The notes under the pieces are model-generated. The model had not been told where the DNA came from. It saw nothing but the letters and a program-made list of their open reading frames with translations, and searched no databases. The position numbers were made by a program, and so were the translations under genes. From a phage: DNA of 64,000 bases. This document shows positions 38,054 through 47,260 of this stretch, in pieces. Position 1 is the stretch's first letter; each line of letters opens with the position of its first letter. The stretch lies in assembly GCA_036253495.1 (NCBI GenBank), contig GCA_036253495.1_4125.1; one strand, written 5' to 3'.

Positions 38054-38665
38054 ATGTCTAAATATCATGTTTATTATGTAACCAAATTGAGTTTACTAGA
38101 TGAACTCAATCATACTAGTACCAAAATGAAACGTTATACTTATAATGGTATTACTTTCAGATACTTTCCACAAAAAGTACTAACATTCGTTAAGAATTGT
38201 AAGTGCGTTGCTTGTGGCATCGAGGCTACAGAAGTTCGAATCGAACGTTCTAACTGTAGTGATCCGGTATATGGTAAACCGCATTTAAATGTGTATGCAG
38301 TATGTGGTCTTTATGAAGTTATGATGACTGTAGATCATAATCATCTTGCATCTAAAGGTGGTGCTGATTTGGAGTCAAACTTCAATACTATGTGTGCGAG
38401 ATGTAATCAGTTGCGTTCAAATAAAACTGAAACAGTTGATGAATTCCTTGAGAAAGTCAAAAGCCGAAATCTACTTGAAGAACATATGAATCGTTATTTC
38501 AATAAGATTGAGAAGGAAAGTAAACGTCCTACACCAGAAATGCTCGAAGAACGTAGATTGCGTCAAGAGCTATGGGATAACGATCATCTGTGGCATGTTC
38601 GTGAGTACGGGCGACACATGAAAGCATTAAAAAAGGCACAAAAGCTGTTGGATAAACATGAGTAA
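38054..38665 (+). CDS. HNH endonuclease
   Basis: CKCVACG ... DHNH ... CARCNQ arrangement typical of HNH nucleases. Confidence 0.55.
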   Translation: MSKYHVYYVTKLSLLDELNHTSTKMKRYTYNGITFRYFPQKVLTFVKNCKCVACGIEATEVRIERSNCSDPVYGKPHLNVYAVCGLYEVMMTVDHNHLASKGGADLESNFNTMCARCNQLRSNKTETVDEFLEKVKSRNLLEEHMNRYFNKIEKESKRPTPEMLEERRLRQELWDNDHLWHVREYGRHMKALKKAQKLLDKHE

Positions 38666-38677
38666 TATGTTATAATA

Positions 38678-38706
38678 GGGACTTGAGAAATCAAGTCCTT
38701 TTTTAA
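38678..38706 (+). terminator. intrinsic terminator (GGACTTGA-GAAA-TCAAGTCC then T6)
   Basis: Perfect 8-bp stem plus U-tract. Confidence 0.65.
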
Positions 38707-38718
38707 TGGAGAAAATAA

Positions 38719-39075
38719 ATGAAATCAAAAATCTTTTTACCACAGTTAATGTGGCATCTTGCAGAGTTAGATGAAGATGATGTGTATACTGACTATGGTA
38801 CATGGGATGACAGTACTGAAACCTTTGGTCCAGATGTGCAGTACAAAATCATTTACAATGAAAGTAAAGGGCATAGACGATTTACTGAAGAATTTGATCT
38901 TGTTTTTCTTGACATGAACGAGAACAAGTATTATCATTGTACGTATGAACGAGGTTTAACAGAATATCGACCACAACGACCATTCGAGTATGAAACGGAT
39001 GGTGTTAAGTGCAATGAAGTTTCTGTTACCAGAGAAGAAATTATCACTTATAGAACTTTGTGGAAATATGTGTAA
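38719..39075 (+). CDS. hypothetical protein
   Basis: 118 aa ORF. Confidence 0.45.
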   Translation: MKSKIFLPQLMWHLAELDEDDVYTDYGTWDDSTETFGPDVQYKIIYNESKGHRRFTEEFDLVFLDMNENKYYHCTYERGLTEYRPQRPFEYETDGVKCNEVSVTREEIITYRTLWKYV

Positions 39076-39317
39076 TGCTTAAAGATTTAGATTTTTCAAA
39101 CTTAGAAATTGTTAGTGCTGTGAAAAATATCTCTGACATGGGAGACGAAAAGACAGTACTGTTAACTATTACATTTGTCAAAGAAGAAGATAGTTATTTA
39201 CATCTTACAGGTATTGAAGAACTAATTCATAAAACTAATCTACAAGATAATGGGAAGTTTATTAAGCTTCAGGCTTCCTATACGAAAAAAAACGTCAAAT
39301 TTTGTAGACCTAAATAG
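39075..39317 (+). CDS. hypothetical protein (possibly continues to 39474 via shift at A8 run)
   Basis: ATG overlapping upstream stop; A8 homopolymer at 39285-39292 joins this frame to ORF 39250-39474. Confidence 0.4.
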   Translation: MLKDLDFSNLEIVSAVKNISDMGDEKTVLLTITFVKEEDSYLHLTGIEELIHKTNLQDNGKFIKLQASYTKKNVKFCRPK

Positions 39318-39479
39318 TGTAGTCAAGGTGGTATTCAATCACCCTGAACAAAAGTACAGAAATGTGTCACGCAATGAGACAGATGCCAGTACTCTACAGC
39401 TTCTTCAGGATATTGAGTTCATTGAAACAGTATTTGAACGAAGCAGCAAAGAATTGAAAAAAGTTTATATGTAATTGGG

Positions 39480-40194
39480 ACAATACTTTATATTGTGCTA
39501 TAATTATATTGTAATGGAAAATGTCAGTGGACGTTTTAACAACGGACAAGAAGAACCTACTTCTCTTGAAAATGTAAAGGATAGATGAGCCTTCCCACTG
39601 AGGCGATGAGCAAAAGAAACCCGTTAGTACCATCCAAGTGCATTCATACAAACGCGAAATAAGACACGGATCACACGGCGACACGGCTCAATAAAGAACT
39701 CCGATAAGCATACAGAGAGTTCCTCGATAGATGTATAAGGATCGCACCTTACCAGATTTGCTAAGGGAGTTTTACTTAAAACAAGCGGTCAATTTTTCTA
39801 CGGGAAAGTTGCACCCAAAATTTGAGTAAAACGAGTACTGAATTGATCGAATAGTTCCAGTACTTTAGTGCAGGGGATGAAAATACCTGCGACCGTTGCA
39901 TATGACTGCGATAGAGAGAAACAGAGCAACCCGCTTTCGTTCTCCAAAAATTGGACACCCTTGATCCGTCCAAAATATGGAGAAATTCGCAATTCGATAA
40001 ATTCCGATGCCATCAGCGTCAAAATCAAGAACCTTAATTGGTTCTTTTTTAATATCATTCCCCTGCGGGGGGATGAAAATGTCCTCAACAAATCCCGTCA
40101 ATCTTTAAAAGTACAATACAATATTAATTAATATGAATGAGTGAGTTATCGTAGATAACGAAACGAATTCTTGAGTTACGAGAGAACGAAGTGA
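39480..40194. other. ORF-poor region with internal repeats and hairpins (candidate ncRNA or regulatory region)
   Basis: No convincing ORF; only mutually overlapping short ORFs on both strands; GGGGATGAAAAT twice, ACACGG three times, GATGAGC twice; terminator-like hairpin at 40023-40050. Confidence 0.3.
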
Positions 40195-40611
40195 ATGAGT
40201 AACGCAACGAATATTAAAAATTCATCTGATTTAACCAAAGAATTGTTTAAAAAGTTTTTTGAGTATCAAATCAATGAAGAGCACGGAATTAAACAGAATT
40301 ACATAAGTACAATAAAAACTAATAATATCCGTACTGAAATCTATGATAGTGTAATTGAATTTATTAATGCATTGAGTACTGAAAGACCTATAGTAGTTTT
40401 GTTTTTTAAACGAGATTATCCAGTACAAGTCAACAGGAATGTTCATTTCATTACAGAAAATGATTTAAGTACTTACACAACGAGTTCTATTAGGAATTGT
40501 ATACTGATAGTATGTGATGACTCCGAGTATTTTAGTAAAGTTGTATGGGATAGAAGACGTAATTCAGTAATAAGAGATATGAATCCCGAATTTACATTTC
40601 TGATCAAATAA
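40195..40611 (+). CDS. hypothetical protein
   Basis: 138 aa ORF. Confidence 0.4.
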   Translation: MSNATNIKNSSDLTKELFKKFFEYQINEEHGIKQNYISTIKTNNIRTEIYDSVIEFINALSTERPIVVLFFKRDYPVQVNRNVHFITENDLSTYTTSSIRNCILIVCDDSEYFSKVVWDRRRNSVIRDMNPEFTFLIK

Positions 40612-40622
40612 ATAGACATAGA

Positions 40623-41084
40623 ATGACTCCCTGGAGAGATTTTATGGAAAATATTAACGACTTGCGACATGTTATGGACTTCATTGGCTGTACTGAAGAA
40701 GACAGTGCTTATGATGAAGTACTATTGACATTTATTGAAAACAGCATTATACTACCAGCAATTGCACATAGCTGGCATTTACAAAGTAAACACTACACAA
40801 AACATCTACAATTAGATGAGTTGTATAAAGAGTTACCAGAATATGTCGATGCGTTCATTGAAGGCATTATGAACACTCGTGGTGCTTTACAAATTGGTAC
40901 TGGACACAGTTATAAGTTCACACCAATTGAACAGTGTATTCCGATTCTTGAAGAATACTGTGAACAATGTAAGTACGTTCATGCTATGCTTGAAGAAGCT
41001 GAAGACTATGGCAGTACTAATACCCTTGAAGATATAATGAGTTTCATTGAGGGTACTTTATATAAACTTAAGTATCTTGAATAA
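40623..41084 (+). CDS. hypothetical protein
   Basis: 153 aa ORF. Confidence 0.45.
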   Translation: MTPWRDFMENINDLRHVMDFIGCTEEDSAYDEVLLTFIENSIILPAIAHSWHLQSKHYTKHLQLDELYKELPEYVDAFIEGIMNTRGALQIGTGHSYKFTPIEQCIPILEEYCEQCKYVHAMLEEAEDYGSTNTLEDIMSFIEGTLYKLKYLE

Positions 41085-41093
41085 TATAAACAT

Positions 41094-41125
41094 GGAGAGT
41101 CATTTTGACTCTCCTTTTCTTTTAC
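41094..41125 (+). terminator. intrinsic terminator (GGAGAGTC-ATTTT-GACTCTCC then TTTTCTTTT)
   Basis: Perfect 8-bp stem plus U-tract. Confidence 0.65.
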
Positions 41126-41139
41126 TATAAAAAAAGAGG

Positions 41140-41499
41140 TTGACTATGAGTGATTATCGCATAACAGCAGGTCTTATTGCACGTTTAGTAGATCCAGTAC
41201 CACGAGAAGATTGGGAATCTATCACTGACCGTCTGTTTCAAGCAGATGTAAACCTTCATATTTCTTATGATGGTATGCTAGTATATAGTACTGATAAAGA
41301 TGTTACAATGTACGAGTTTGATATTCTCATTGGAGAACCAAGTGACAGTACAGAATTCAGTACTAAATGTGAACGAGAAGGTCTTTGCATTGATACTTCT
41401 TCTATTAAGCCTTATGTATCTTTATGGTATGATGGTGCTGATAGTCCAATGTCAACTACTGAAATCGGTGATTTCCTGAATGCAAATCAAAAAAATTAA
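41140..41499 (+). CDS. hypothetical protein
   Basis: 119 aa ORF with SD AAGAGG. Confidence 0.45.
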   Translation: MTMSDYRITAGLIARLVDPVPREDWESITDRLFQADVNLHISYDGMLVYSTDKDVTMYEFDILIGEPSDSTEFSTKCEREGLCIDTSSIKPYVSLWYDGADSPMSTTEIGDFLNANQKN

Positions 41500-41872
41500 A
41501 TTCCATCAGCATTGCTCAATTCATGAATGTGATGACTGTGGTATGTGTATGAGTGATATTTTTACAGTTTCCTGTAAAGGATTCAAATTCACACATGGTG
41601 AACCTGCGTATTGTTATGGTACTGAAGAAGGTGATATTGAAGTAGTACTGAAAGAGTTGTTCCAGTACTTGCAAAGTGCAGGGCATGATGTTACAATGCC
41701 CACATATTATGAAGATGAATATGACACTCATGTGGAAGAAAACATTTACTATAATCAATTCGTTTATGGTAATGGTTTTATCACATACCTTCACGAGAAT
41801 GGTATTGAGGTAAAAACTAAGTACACAAGTGACGATTATGATGATGATAATTCTATGGAGATTGAAGATTGA
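41480..41872 (+). CDS. hypothetical Cys-containing protein
   Basis: 130 aa ORF overlapping upstream gene end; start uncertain. Confidence 0.4.
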   Translation: MQIKKIKFHQHCSIHECDDCGMCMSDIFTVSCKGFKFTHGEPAYCYGTEEGDIEVVLKELFQYLQSAGHDVTMPTYYEDEYDTHVEENIYYNQFVYGNGFITYLHENGIEVKTKYTSDDYDDDNSMEIED

Positions 41873-42438
41873 AAGCAAAAGACTTAGCAGCACTGTTGAT
41901 GCAGAATCCTGAAATGGAAGTGTATCATGAGCACATGCACATTGATGATATGTGTGAGGTTTACTATTCTGCTGAAAATGTCACTGGTATTGAAATTACT
42001 CCAAGTGGTGTATTCATCAGTACTGAACGTGTTGATTTCAATTCCCAGCAAGAAATCAAAACTCCACATAATAAACCTCGCATTGGTGCTATTGACCTAG
42101 TATTTCATCAGGACCGTTTGGTAGAATATGATGAAGACGATGGTACTACCAGAACTGATGTTGAGAATGTTGTTTTTCGTTTTTATAATGCATACGAAGA
42201 CCCAACTACTGGGGAAGACTTCTTCCGTGAGCTATTCGAGGATGGTCAAGTTTATGGTCAGGATGGAACAGTTTTTGTTCTGGACCCTAACTATGAGCCA
42301 GATCACAATACATGGCAATTCTATACACCACAAGATGTAATGGAAGTTAAAGTACTGACTTCTGTTGACGATGCGTGGAATCCAGTATATACTTCAATGA
42401 CCTTTGAAGAAGCACGTAATTTCTTTGTAAACAAATAA
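41869..42438 (+). CDS. hypothetical protein (non-ATG start likely)
   Basis: 189 aa ORF; TTG at 41869 overlaps upstream stop. Confidence 0.4.
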   Translation: MKAKDLAALLMQNPEMEVYHEHMHIDDMCEVYYSAENVTGIEITPSGVFISTERVDFNSQQEIKTPHNKPRIGAIDLVFHQDRLVEYDEDDGTTRTDVENVVFRFYNAYEDPTTGEDFFRELFEDGQVYGQDGTVFVLDPNYEPDHNTWQFYTPQDVMEVKVLTSVDDAWNPVYTSMTFEEARNFFVNK

Positions 42439-42453
42439 TAAGGATTCAAATAT

Positions 42454-42735
42454 ATGAAAATTGTTGGCGTAGCATGGATGTTGATGAATGATGGTACTAA
42501 AGGCTTTGAAGAATATGCAATCCTTGAAAATGTAAATGATTTAAAGCATTTCAAGAAAACCACTGACGATGATACATTCGATATCGTCTATACGTACCAG
42601 CTTATCCCTAATGACACAGACTACGAAGCATTTGAGTATGATTCTGATTTGTTTAACTCTGTAATTATGGATTCAGCAGAGTCCCTTGATGAAAATGCAG
42701 TACTTCTAATGTTGAGTACAGTACCAGCAATGTAG
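42454..42735 (+). CDS. hypothetical protein
   Basis: 93 aa ORF with SD AAGGA. Confidence 0.45.
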   Translation: MKIVGVAWMLMNDGTKGFEEYAILENVNDLKHFKKTTDDDTFDIVYTYQLIPNDTDYEAFEYDSDLFNSVIMDSAESLDENAVLLMLSTVPAM

Positions 42736-42742
42736 AGGTTTT

Positions 42743-43240
42743 ATGTATACAATTATATTATTGCGTAGTTCATATGGTGAATCTGATTGTGCAACTGATG
42801 GTATAATGAGTTTTGATTACGCACATAGTACATCAGATGCGATTGATACCATTAAAGAGATTGTACGAACTGAACATTACCGTGTACGTTCTGAACCATC
42901 GAATGCATTTGCCGATATTGCAATCACTGCCTTGTATAATGGTAAAGTTTTTAGTACGTACCCACAATATTCTGAAGATATCTATATAGTTGCTGAAGCA
43001 CCAGAATTCAGTACTGAAGAAGAAAAGTACATTTTCAATGTTGGTGATATAATGTTTTCAGAAAGTAAGAAAATCACAAAAAATCATGCTTTCTGTGAAC
43101 GAATTAAAAACGAAGAAAATGTATTAGGTATAAAGTTAAAAACACTATATTCTAATAGCTTACTTGAAGAACAAGAACGTAAACGTCTTACTGAACTAAT
43201 GGAAAAGTATCCTGATATGGTGAAAAATTATGGCACTTAG
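42743..43240 (+). CDS. hypothetical protein
   Basis: 165 aa ORF. Confidence 0.45.
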   Translation: MYTIILLRSSYGESDCATDGIMSFDYAHSTSDAIDTIKEIVRTEHYRVRSEPSNAFADIAITALYNGKVFSTYPQYSEDIYIVAEAPEFSTEEEKYIFNVGDIMFSESKKITKNHAFCERIKNEENVLGIKLKTLYSNSLLEEQERKRLTELMEKYPDMVKNYGT

Positions 43241-43565
43241 AGGTAGTAAGAAATATAATGCTTTTGAAACATACGTTTCGAAAGATGGAAAACTACACCG
43301 AGATTTAAAGCCTGAGTGTAAGGTATTACTTGATACAGTGCGTGATGCACCTTATGGTGGTAAACGCCGCAAATTGATTTATGAAATTCTGAAAAGCGGT
43401 GCAGAATTACAGGTTAATGGTAAACATTGTGTCCAAACGAAGAATGATCCTGATATTTTACGTCTTCTTAAAGAAGGTAAGATTGAAATGTTCAATGAAG
43501 GTGTTTCTTATTACGGACAAAGAGTAAAATGTAAACATACTTTTTTGAGAATTAAAAATGGATGA
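43230..43565 (+). CDS. hypothetical protein
   Basis: 111 aa ORF. Confidence 0.45.
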   Translation: MALRGSKKYNAFETYVSKDGKLHRDLKPECKVLLDTVRDAPYGGKRRKLIYEILKSGAELQVNGKHCVQTKNDPDILRLLKEGKIEMFNEGVSYYGQRVKCKHTFLRIKNG

Positions 43566-43742
43566 AACAGATATAGAATTACTAATTCAAAATAATCTTA
43601 GTGTAGAAATAGAATCAGAAGATGTAGAACTGTGGAATAGTGATGGTAGTACTTCACCACATAAACGCATTACTGTAAAATTACTATACGGAGGTAGTGT
43701 AATTAGTACAACAGAAACAAGTTTATAAACTAAGGATTGGTT

Positions 43743-44327
43743 ATGGGTAAACTTATTTTCTTTAGTGGGAGTATGTCATCAGGAAAGAGTACACATCTTT
43801 TACAGAACGCATATAACCACAAGAAGAACGGGATGAAAGTCATCTACTTAACGAGTGCATTAGATGATCGTTATGGTACTGGTAAAATAACATCGAGAAT
43901 CGGTATAGAATCTGAAGCTCAAGTTATTCCAAAAGATGACCTAAGCGTTATTCATGACGTAATAAAACTATTACAGGTTGACAATGATTATAATAGTATC
44001 TACGTTGATGAATGTCAGTTTTTAAATCGAAAACAAATTGATTTATTAGCCGATATTGCTGATGAGCATATGGTTGATGTATATTGTTATGGTATTAAAA
44101 CCGATTTTGAATCAAATACATTTGAAGGTTCTCAAAGGTTATTTGAAATAGCAGATGAGATCCATGAATTAAAGAACGTATGTGAAAATCAAAAGTGCGG
44201 AAGAAATGCTATAATGAATGCTCGCATCGTAGATAGTACTGATAAAGTGTTTATTGGTGGTGATGAATCATATAAGAGCCTGTGTAGAAAATGTTATAAA
44301 AACTATATGAGGAATAAAAATGGTTGA
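43743..44327 (+). CDS. tk: thymidine kinase
   Basis: P-loop FFSGSMSSGKST near N-terminus and C-terminal Cys pairs (CENQKCG ... CRKCY); ATG at 43743 after AAGGA. Confidence 0.85.
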   Translation: MGKLIFFSGSMSSGKSTHLLQNAYNHKKNGMKVIYLTSALDDRYGTGKITSRIGIESEAQVIPKDDLSVIHDVIKLLQVDNDYNSIYVDECQFLNRKQIDLLADIADEHMVDVYCYGIKTDFESNTFEGSQRLFEIADEIHELKNVCENQKCGRNAIMNARIVDSTDKVFIGGDESYKSLCRKCYKNYMRNKNG

Positions 44328-44553
44328 TAAACTACTTAAAAATATTGCAGTACGCTTGTTGGATGGTTTTGTTGATACAGTGAAACTACTATTCAGTACT
44401 GCAATGAGCATTTTAGTAATATTGATGTTCGCATTAGTATTACATTTCGTACCAGTATGGATTGTAATTACTGCAATTGTCGTTCTACTTATCATCATCT
44501 CGTATTTCACATATCGTGAAGAATTGCAAGAGTTGCTTGATAAAGATGACTAA
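44320..44553 (+). CDS. small membrane protein
   Basis: 77 aa with two hydrophobic helices. Confidence 0.4.
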   Translation: MVDKLLKNIAVRLLDGFVDTVKLLFSTAMSILVILMFALVLHFVPVWIVITAIVVLLIIISYFTYREELQELLDKDD

Positions 44554-44561
44554 AACTTTAT

Positions 44562-44588
44562 ATTCCTCACTATGTGGGGAATATTTTT
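44562..44588 (+). terminator. intrinsic terminator-like stem-loop (TTCCTCAC-TAT-GTGGGGAA then TATTTTT)
   Basis: Same 15-nt core CCTCACTATGTGGGG as at 5963-5990. Confidence 0.45.
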
Positions 44589-44599
44589 AAGGTAATATT

Positions 44600-45061
44600 A
44601 TGATTAATCGTGAAATATTGCAATGCTTGTATCGTTTGGTTGATGTTTGTAAAGATACTAATCTATTGAAAATGGATTTTTATGAACACAAAGCTAATAT
44701 ATTAGCTGAAATTCTTGGATATACAAATCCTCAATTCCGATACTATGACGGTGCGATGTTTAGTGCATTTGATGGTAATTATTCAGTCCAATGCGTAGCA
44801 CAAGAGTTATTTTATGTGTGGGATGACACAACGAATTGTCAGGTTATGATCGAAGTTAGATATCCAGATGGGAGTAATACACCAATGGGTGAATATAATA
44901 GATTAGATACATTTTATGCATTACAACCATCCACACCTACACCTGTTCCATATCCTAATATTGAATCTGAAATTATCCATTATGAGATGATTCAGAAATG
45001 TAAATCACTCTCAACTTATGATGAGATATATTTTCCATTAGTTTTTATAGGATCTAAATGA
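44600..45061 (+). CDS. hypothetical protein
   Basis: 153 aa ORF. Confidence 0.45.
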   Translation: MINREILQCLYRLVDVCKDTNLLKMDFYEHKANILAEILGYTNPQFRYYDGAMFSAFDGNYSVQCVAQELFYVWDDTTNCQVMIEVRYPDGSNTPMGEYNRLDTFYALQPSTPTPVPYPNIESEIIHYEMIQKCKSLSTYDEIYFPLVFIGSK

Positions 45062-45444
45062 TGAGATGGAAAAAGAGACATACTAAACGATTTACTGAGA
45101 TCGTCAAAAAGTATTATAATTCTAAAGATAGTTTTGCATCTATGTTGTATGAAAGTATTACACCTAGACGTTATCCACAATGCTATGTTAATGTAAGAAA
45201 CAAAAGTAAGAACCGATATACAGTAGAGTTATATGGGGAAGGTACTACATTTCTTGGGACTCGTATTTCAGTACCTTCTTACCTGTACTCAAGAGTTAAA
45301 CGCAGTCGTGTTCAGGGTGTACTAGTCGGATATCAAATGTTGTCCATTGATGAAGTTAATGATAAGCTCACACGAAACTTTTCTTACACAGATTTCGAAA
45401 TTCATGATATAATCTTAGATATCTTATCAGATTTGGGGAATTGA
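45058..45444 (+). CDS. hypothetical protein
   Basis: 128 aa ORF overlapping upstream stop. Confidence 0.45.
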   Translation: MMRWKKRHTKRFTEIVKKYYNSKDSFASMLYESITPRRYPQCYVNVRNKSKNRYTVELYGEGTTFLGTRISVPSYLYSRVKRSRVQGVLVGYQMLSIDEVNDKLTRNFSYTDFEIHDIILDILSDLGN

Positions 45445-45493
45445 CCGTGGTATACGTAGAAGTCTTTATGTTTGATGTTAAAAAAGGAAAAAA

Positions 45494-45628
45494 ATGATGA
45501 AAGGATTAAAGAAATTTGGATCGGATTTTGTTAAGTGTATTCGCTACACTTATGATGCAAATCCAGAAATGACCGCCATTGTCGGTGTGTTTATTACATT
45601 AGTTGTGTTAAGCTTTGTAGTGGTGTAA
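45494..45628 (+). CDS. small tail-anchored membrane protein (44 aa)
   Basis: Short ORF not in track; SD AAAGGA; C-terminal hydrophobic helix. Confidence 0.3.
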   Translation: MMKGLKKFGSDFVKCIRYTYDANPEMTAIVGVFITLVVLSFVVV

Positions 45629-45631
45629 AAT

Positions 45632-46042
45632 ATGATTGAAATGGAAGGAACTCTGGTGTATGATCCAGACCGTGGCACTATGAAAAAGAAGAAGGACTTC
45701 TGGTTAGTACTGCAACTTCCATTACAGTTGGTTAGATACTACCAGTACTTCATCAGAACTGATCTCCACATTGATGTTAAAGACCCACAATGGGGAGCAC
45801 ACGTCAGTATTGTTCGTGGTGAAGTGCCACCAAATCCAGAGTACTGGAAAAAGTACGATGGTCAAAAAATTAAAATAAAATTCAATCCTGATATTGTTCA
45901 AGTGAAAGATAAAAAGAAACCAGGCTCGTTCTTTATCATAGAGTTCGATGATGAATTCATTGGACACATTCGCAATGAACTAGGATTACAATCAAAGTAC
46001 TTACGTTATCACCTCACAGTAGGGAGAACGTACTACGACTAA
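45632..46042 (+). CDS. hypothetical protein
   Basis: 136 aa ORF. Confidence 0.45.
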   Translation: MIEMEGTLVYDPDRGTMKKKKDFWLVLQLPLQLVRYYQYFIRTDLHIDVKDPQWGAHVSIVRGEVPPNPEYWKKYDGQKIKIKFNPDIVQVKDKKKPGSFFIIEFDDEFIGHIRNELGLQSKYLRYHLTVGRTYYD

Positions 46043-46127
46043 CCTATAGGTTTGTCATACAATTGGCTAAATAAAATGGGTATTAATATACCCATAATTA
46101 TAACCAAAAGAAATATCAAGATTTTAC

Positions 46128-46155
46128 TTGATATGAAATTGAAAGATGCTATACT
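46128..46155 (+). promoter_or_regulatory. sigma70-like promoter (TTGATA-16nt-TATACT)
   Basis: Near-consensus -35 and -10 hexamers in a 250-bp intergenic region upstream of 46290. Confidence 0.4.
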
Positions 46156-46289
46156 ACTTACATGTACAGAATGAAAGTTACCTTTTCAGTACTGAAAGTA
46201 TTGTAGAAAGTCCGATGAGGCTTTTGCAAATGGCCTCATAAGCCCTCTTTGTAATTGCTCATCATAACACGCAAACAAAGGAGGCGTTT

Positions 46290-47216
46290 TTGACAATAGC
46301 GATACAAACACCTAAAACTAAGACAGCTATAGGCTTATTAGTTTCACTTGTTATCATCGCTGCGTTTGGATTTTATGGTTTTTCTCAACATGATCGTGCA
46401 TCATCATCGGGCGAAAGTCAGGTGCACAATTTAAAACCGCAAGTTACACAAATTCAAAAGCAGGAATTACCTAAAGGGTATACACCTAAAGTAGTTCCAG
46501 GCAGCGAGAAACATTATACTGTTGAATACGGTGATAGTTATCATTCGATAGCTAAGAAGTTTAAACCGCATAATGTGTTGTTTGAAGATTACGTTACAGT
46601 ATTGAAGAATATCAATCTTAATGCTAAACTTCATACATCGCAGGGTATCTTTATCCCAACAAAAGAGGATTTGAAAGACGTACTGTTACCTGATGTGGTA
46701 GTACTTTTCGATTATAATGATCCTGAAATAGTAGCACACATCAAAGAAGCTGAAGGTTCAATTGAATTTCAGTCCAAGAACAAAAGACGTTTACTTGGGG
46801 GAAAAGTTGGAGTTCCTTTCTACAATTCAAAATTTCATCCTTATAAGGATATGAAAGGTAACTACACAATCGCATATGGTCACTACCTCGGTCCACGTGA
46901 ATCAGATGCTATAAAATATAGGAATGGTATCACAGTTACTGAAGCCCATAACTTGTTACTCACTGATATGAAAAGAATCAATGATGAATTGATTCTATTA
47001 TTGAAGAAGAAAAATGCAACATATCTCACAGTTGAACAACAAATAATACTATTTGATATGGCATTTACTTTAGGTATTAATAAGCTCAATACTTTTAATA
47101 AGTTATGGAAAAGTGTTGAAAAAAGGAATGCAAAAAAGTTTAAAAAAGAAATTAAGAATTCACTATGGTATAGACAAGTTGGGAAACGTGGGGAATTATT
47201 AGTTAATAATTTGTAA
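46290..47216 (+). CDS. lysozyme-like (T4 lysozyme fold) protein with N-terminal TM anchor, TTG start
   Basis: N-terminal hydrophobic helix; C-terminal region (GNYTIAYGHYLG ... LWYRQVGKRGELLVNNL) resembles T4 lysozyme as recalled; strong SD AAGGAGG before TTG. Confidence 0.5.
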   Translation: MTIAIQTPKTKTAIGLLVSLVIIAAFGFYGFSQHDRASSSGESQVHNLKPQVTQIQKQELPKGYTPKVVPGSEKHYTVEYGDSYHSIAKKFKPHNVLFEDYVTVLKNINLNAKLHTSQGIFIPTKEDLKDVLLPDVVVLFDYNDPEIVAHIKEAEGSIEFQSKNKRRLLGGKVGVPFYNSKFHPYKDMKGNYTIAYGHYLGPRESDAIKYRNGITVTEAHNLLLTDMKRINDELILLLKKKNATYLTVEQQIILFDMAFTLGINKLNTFNKLWKSVEKRNAKKFKKEIKNSLWYRQVGKRGELLVNNL

Positions 47217-47220
47217 TTAT

Positions 47221-47245
47221 AGGGATGTTTAACATCCCTTTTTAA
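47221..47245 (+). terminator. intrinsic terminator (GGGATGTT-T-AACATCCC then TTTTT)
   Basis: Perfect stem plus U-tract. Confidence 0.6.
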
Positions 47246-47260
47246 TCGGAGTTTTAGATT

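Noticed and set aside
39776-40131. Four mutually overlapping short ORFs on both strands in the ORF-poor region
   Set aside because: They overlap one another in different frames, lack ribosome-binding sites and show no protein-like motifs; the region is better treated as non-coding or RNA-coding.
39480-40194. tRNA genes in the ORF-poor region
   Set aside because: No T-loop consensus (GTTCRANYC) or matching acceptor stems were found by eye on either strand; this needs tRNAscan-SE to be definitive.
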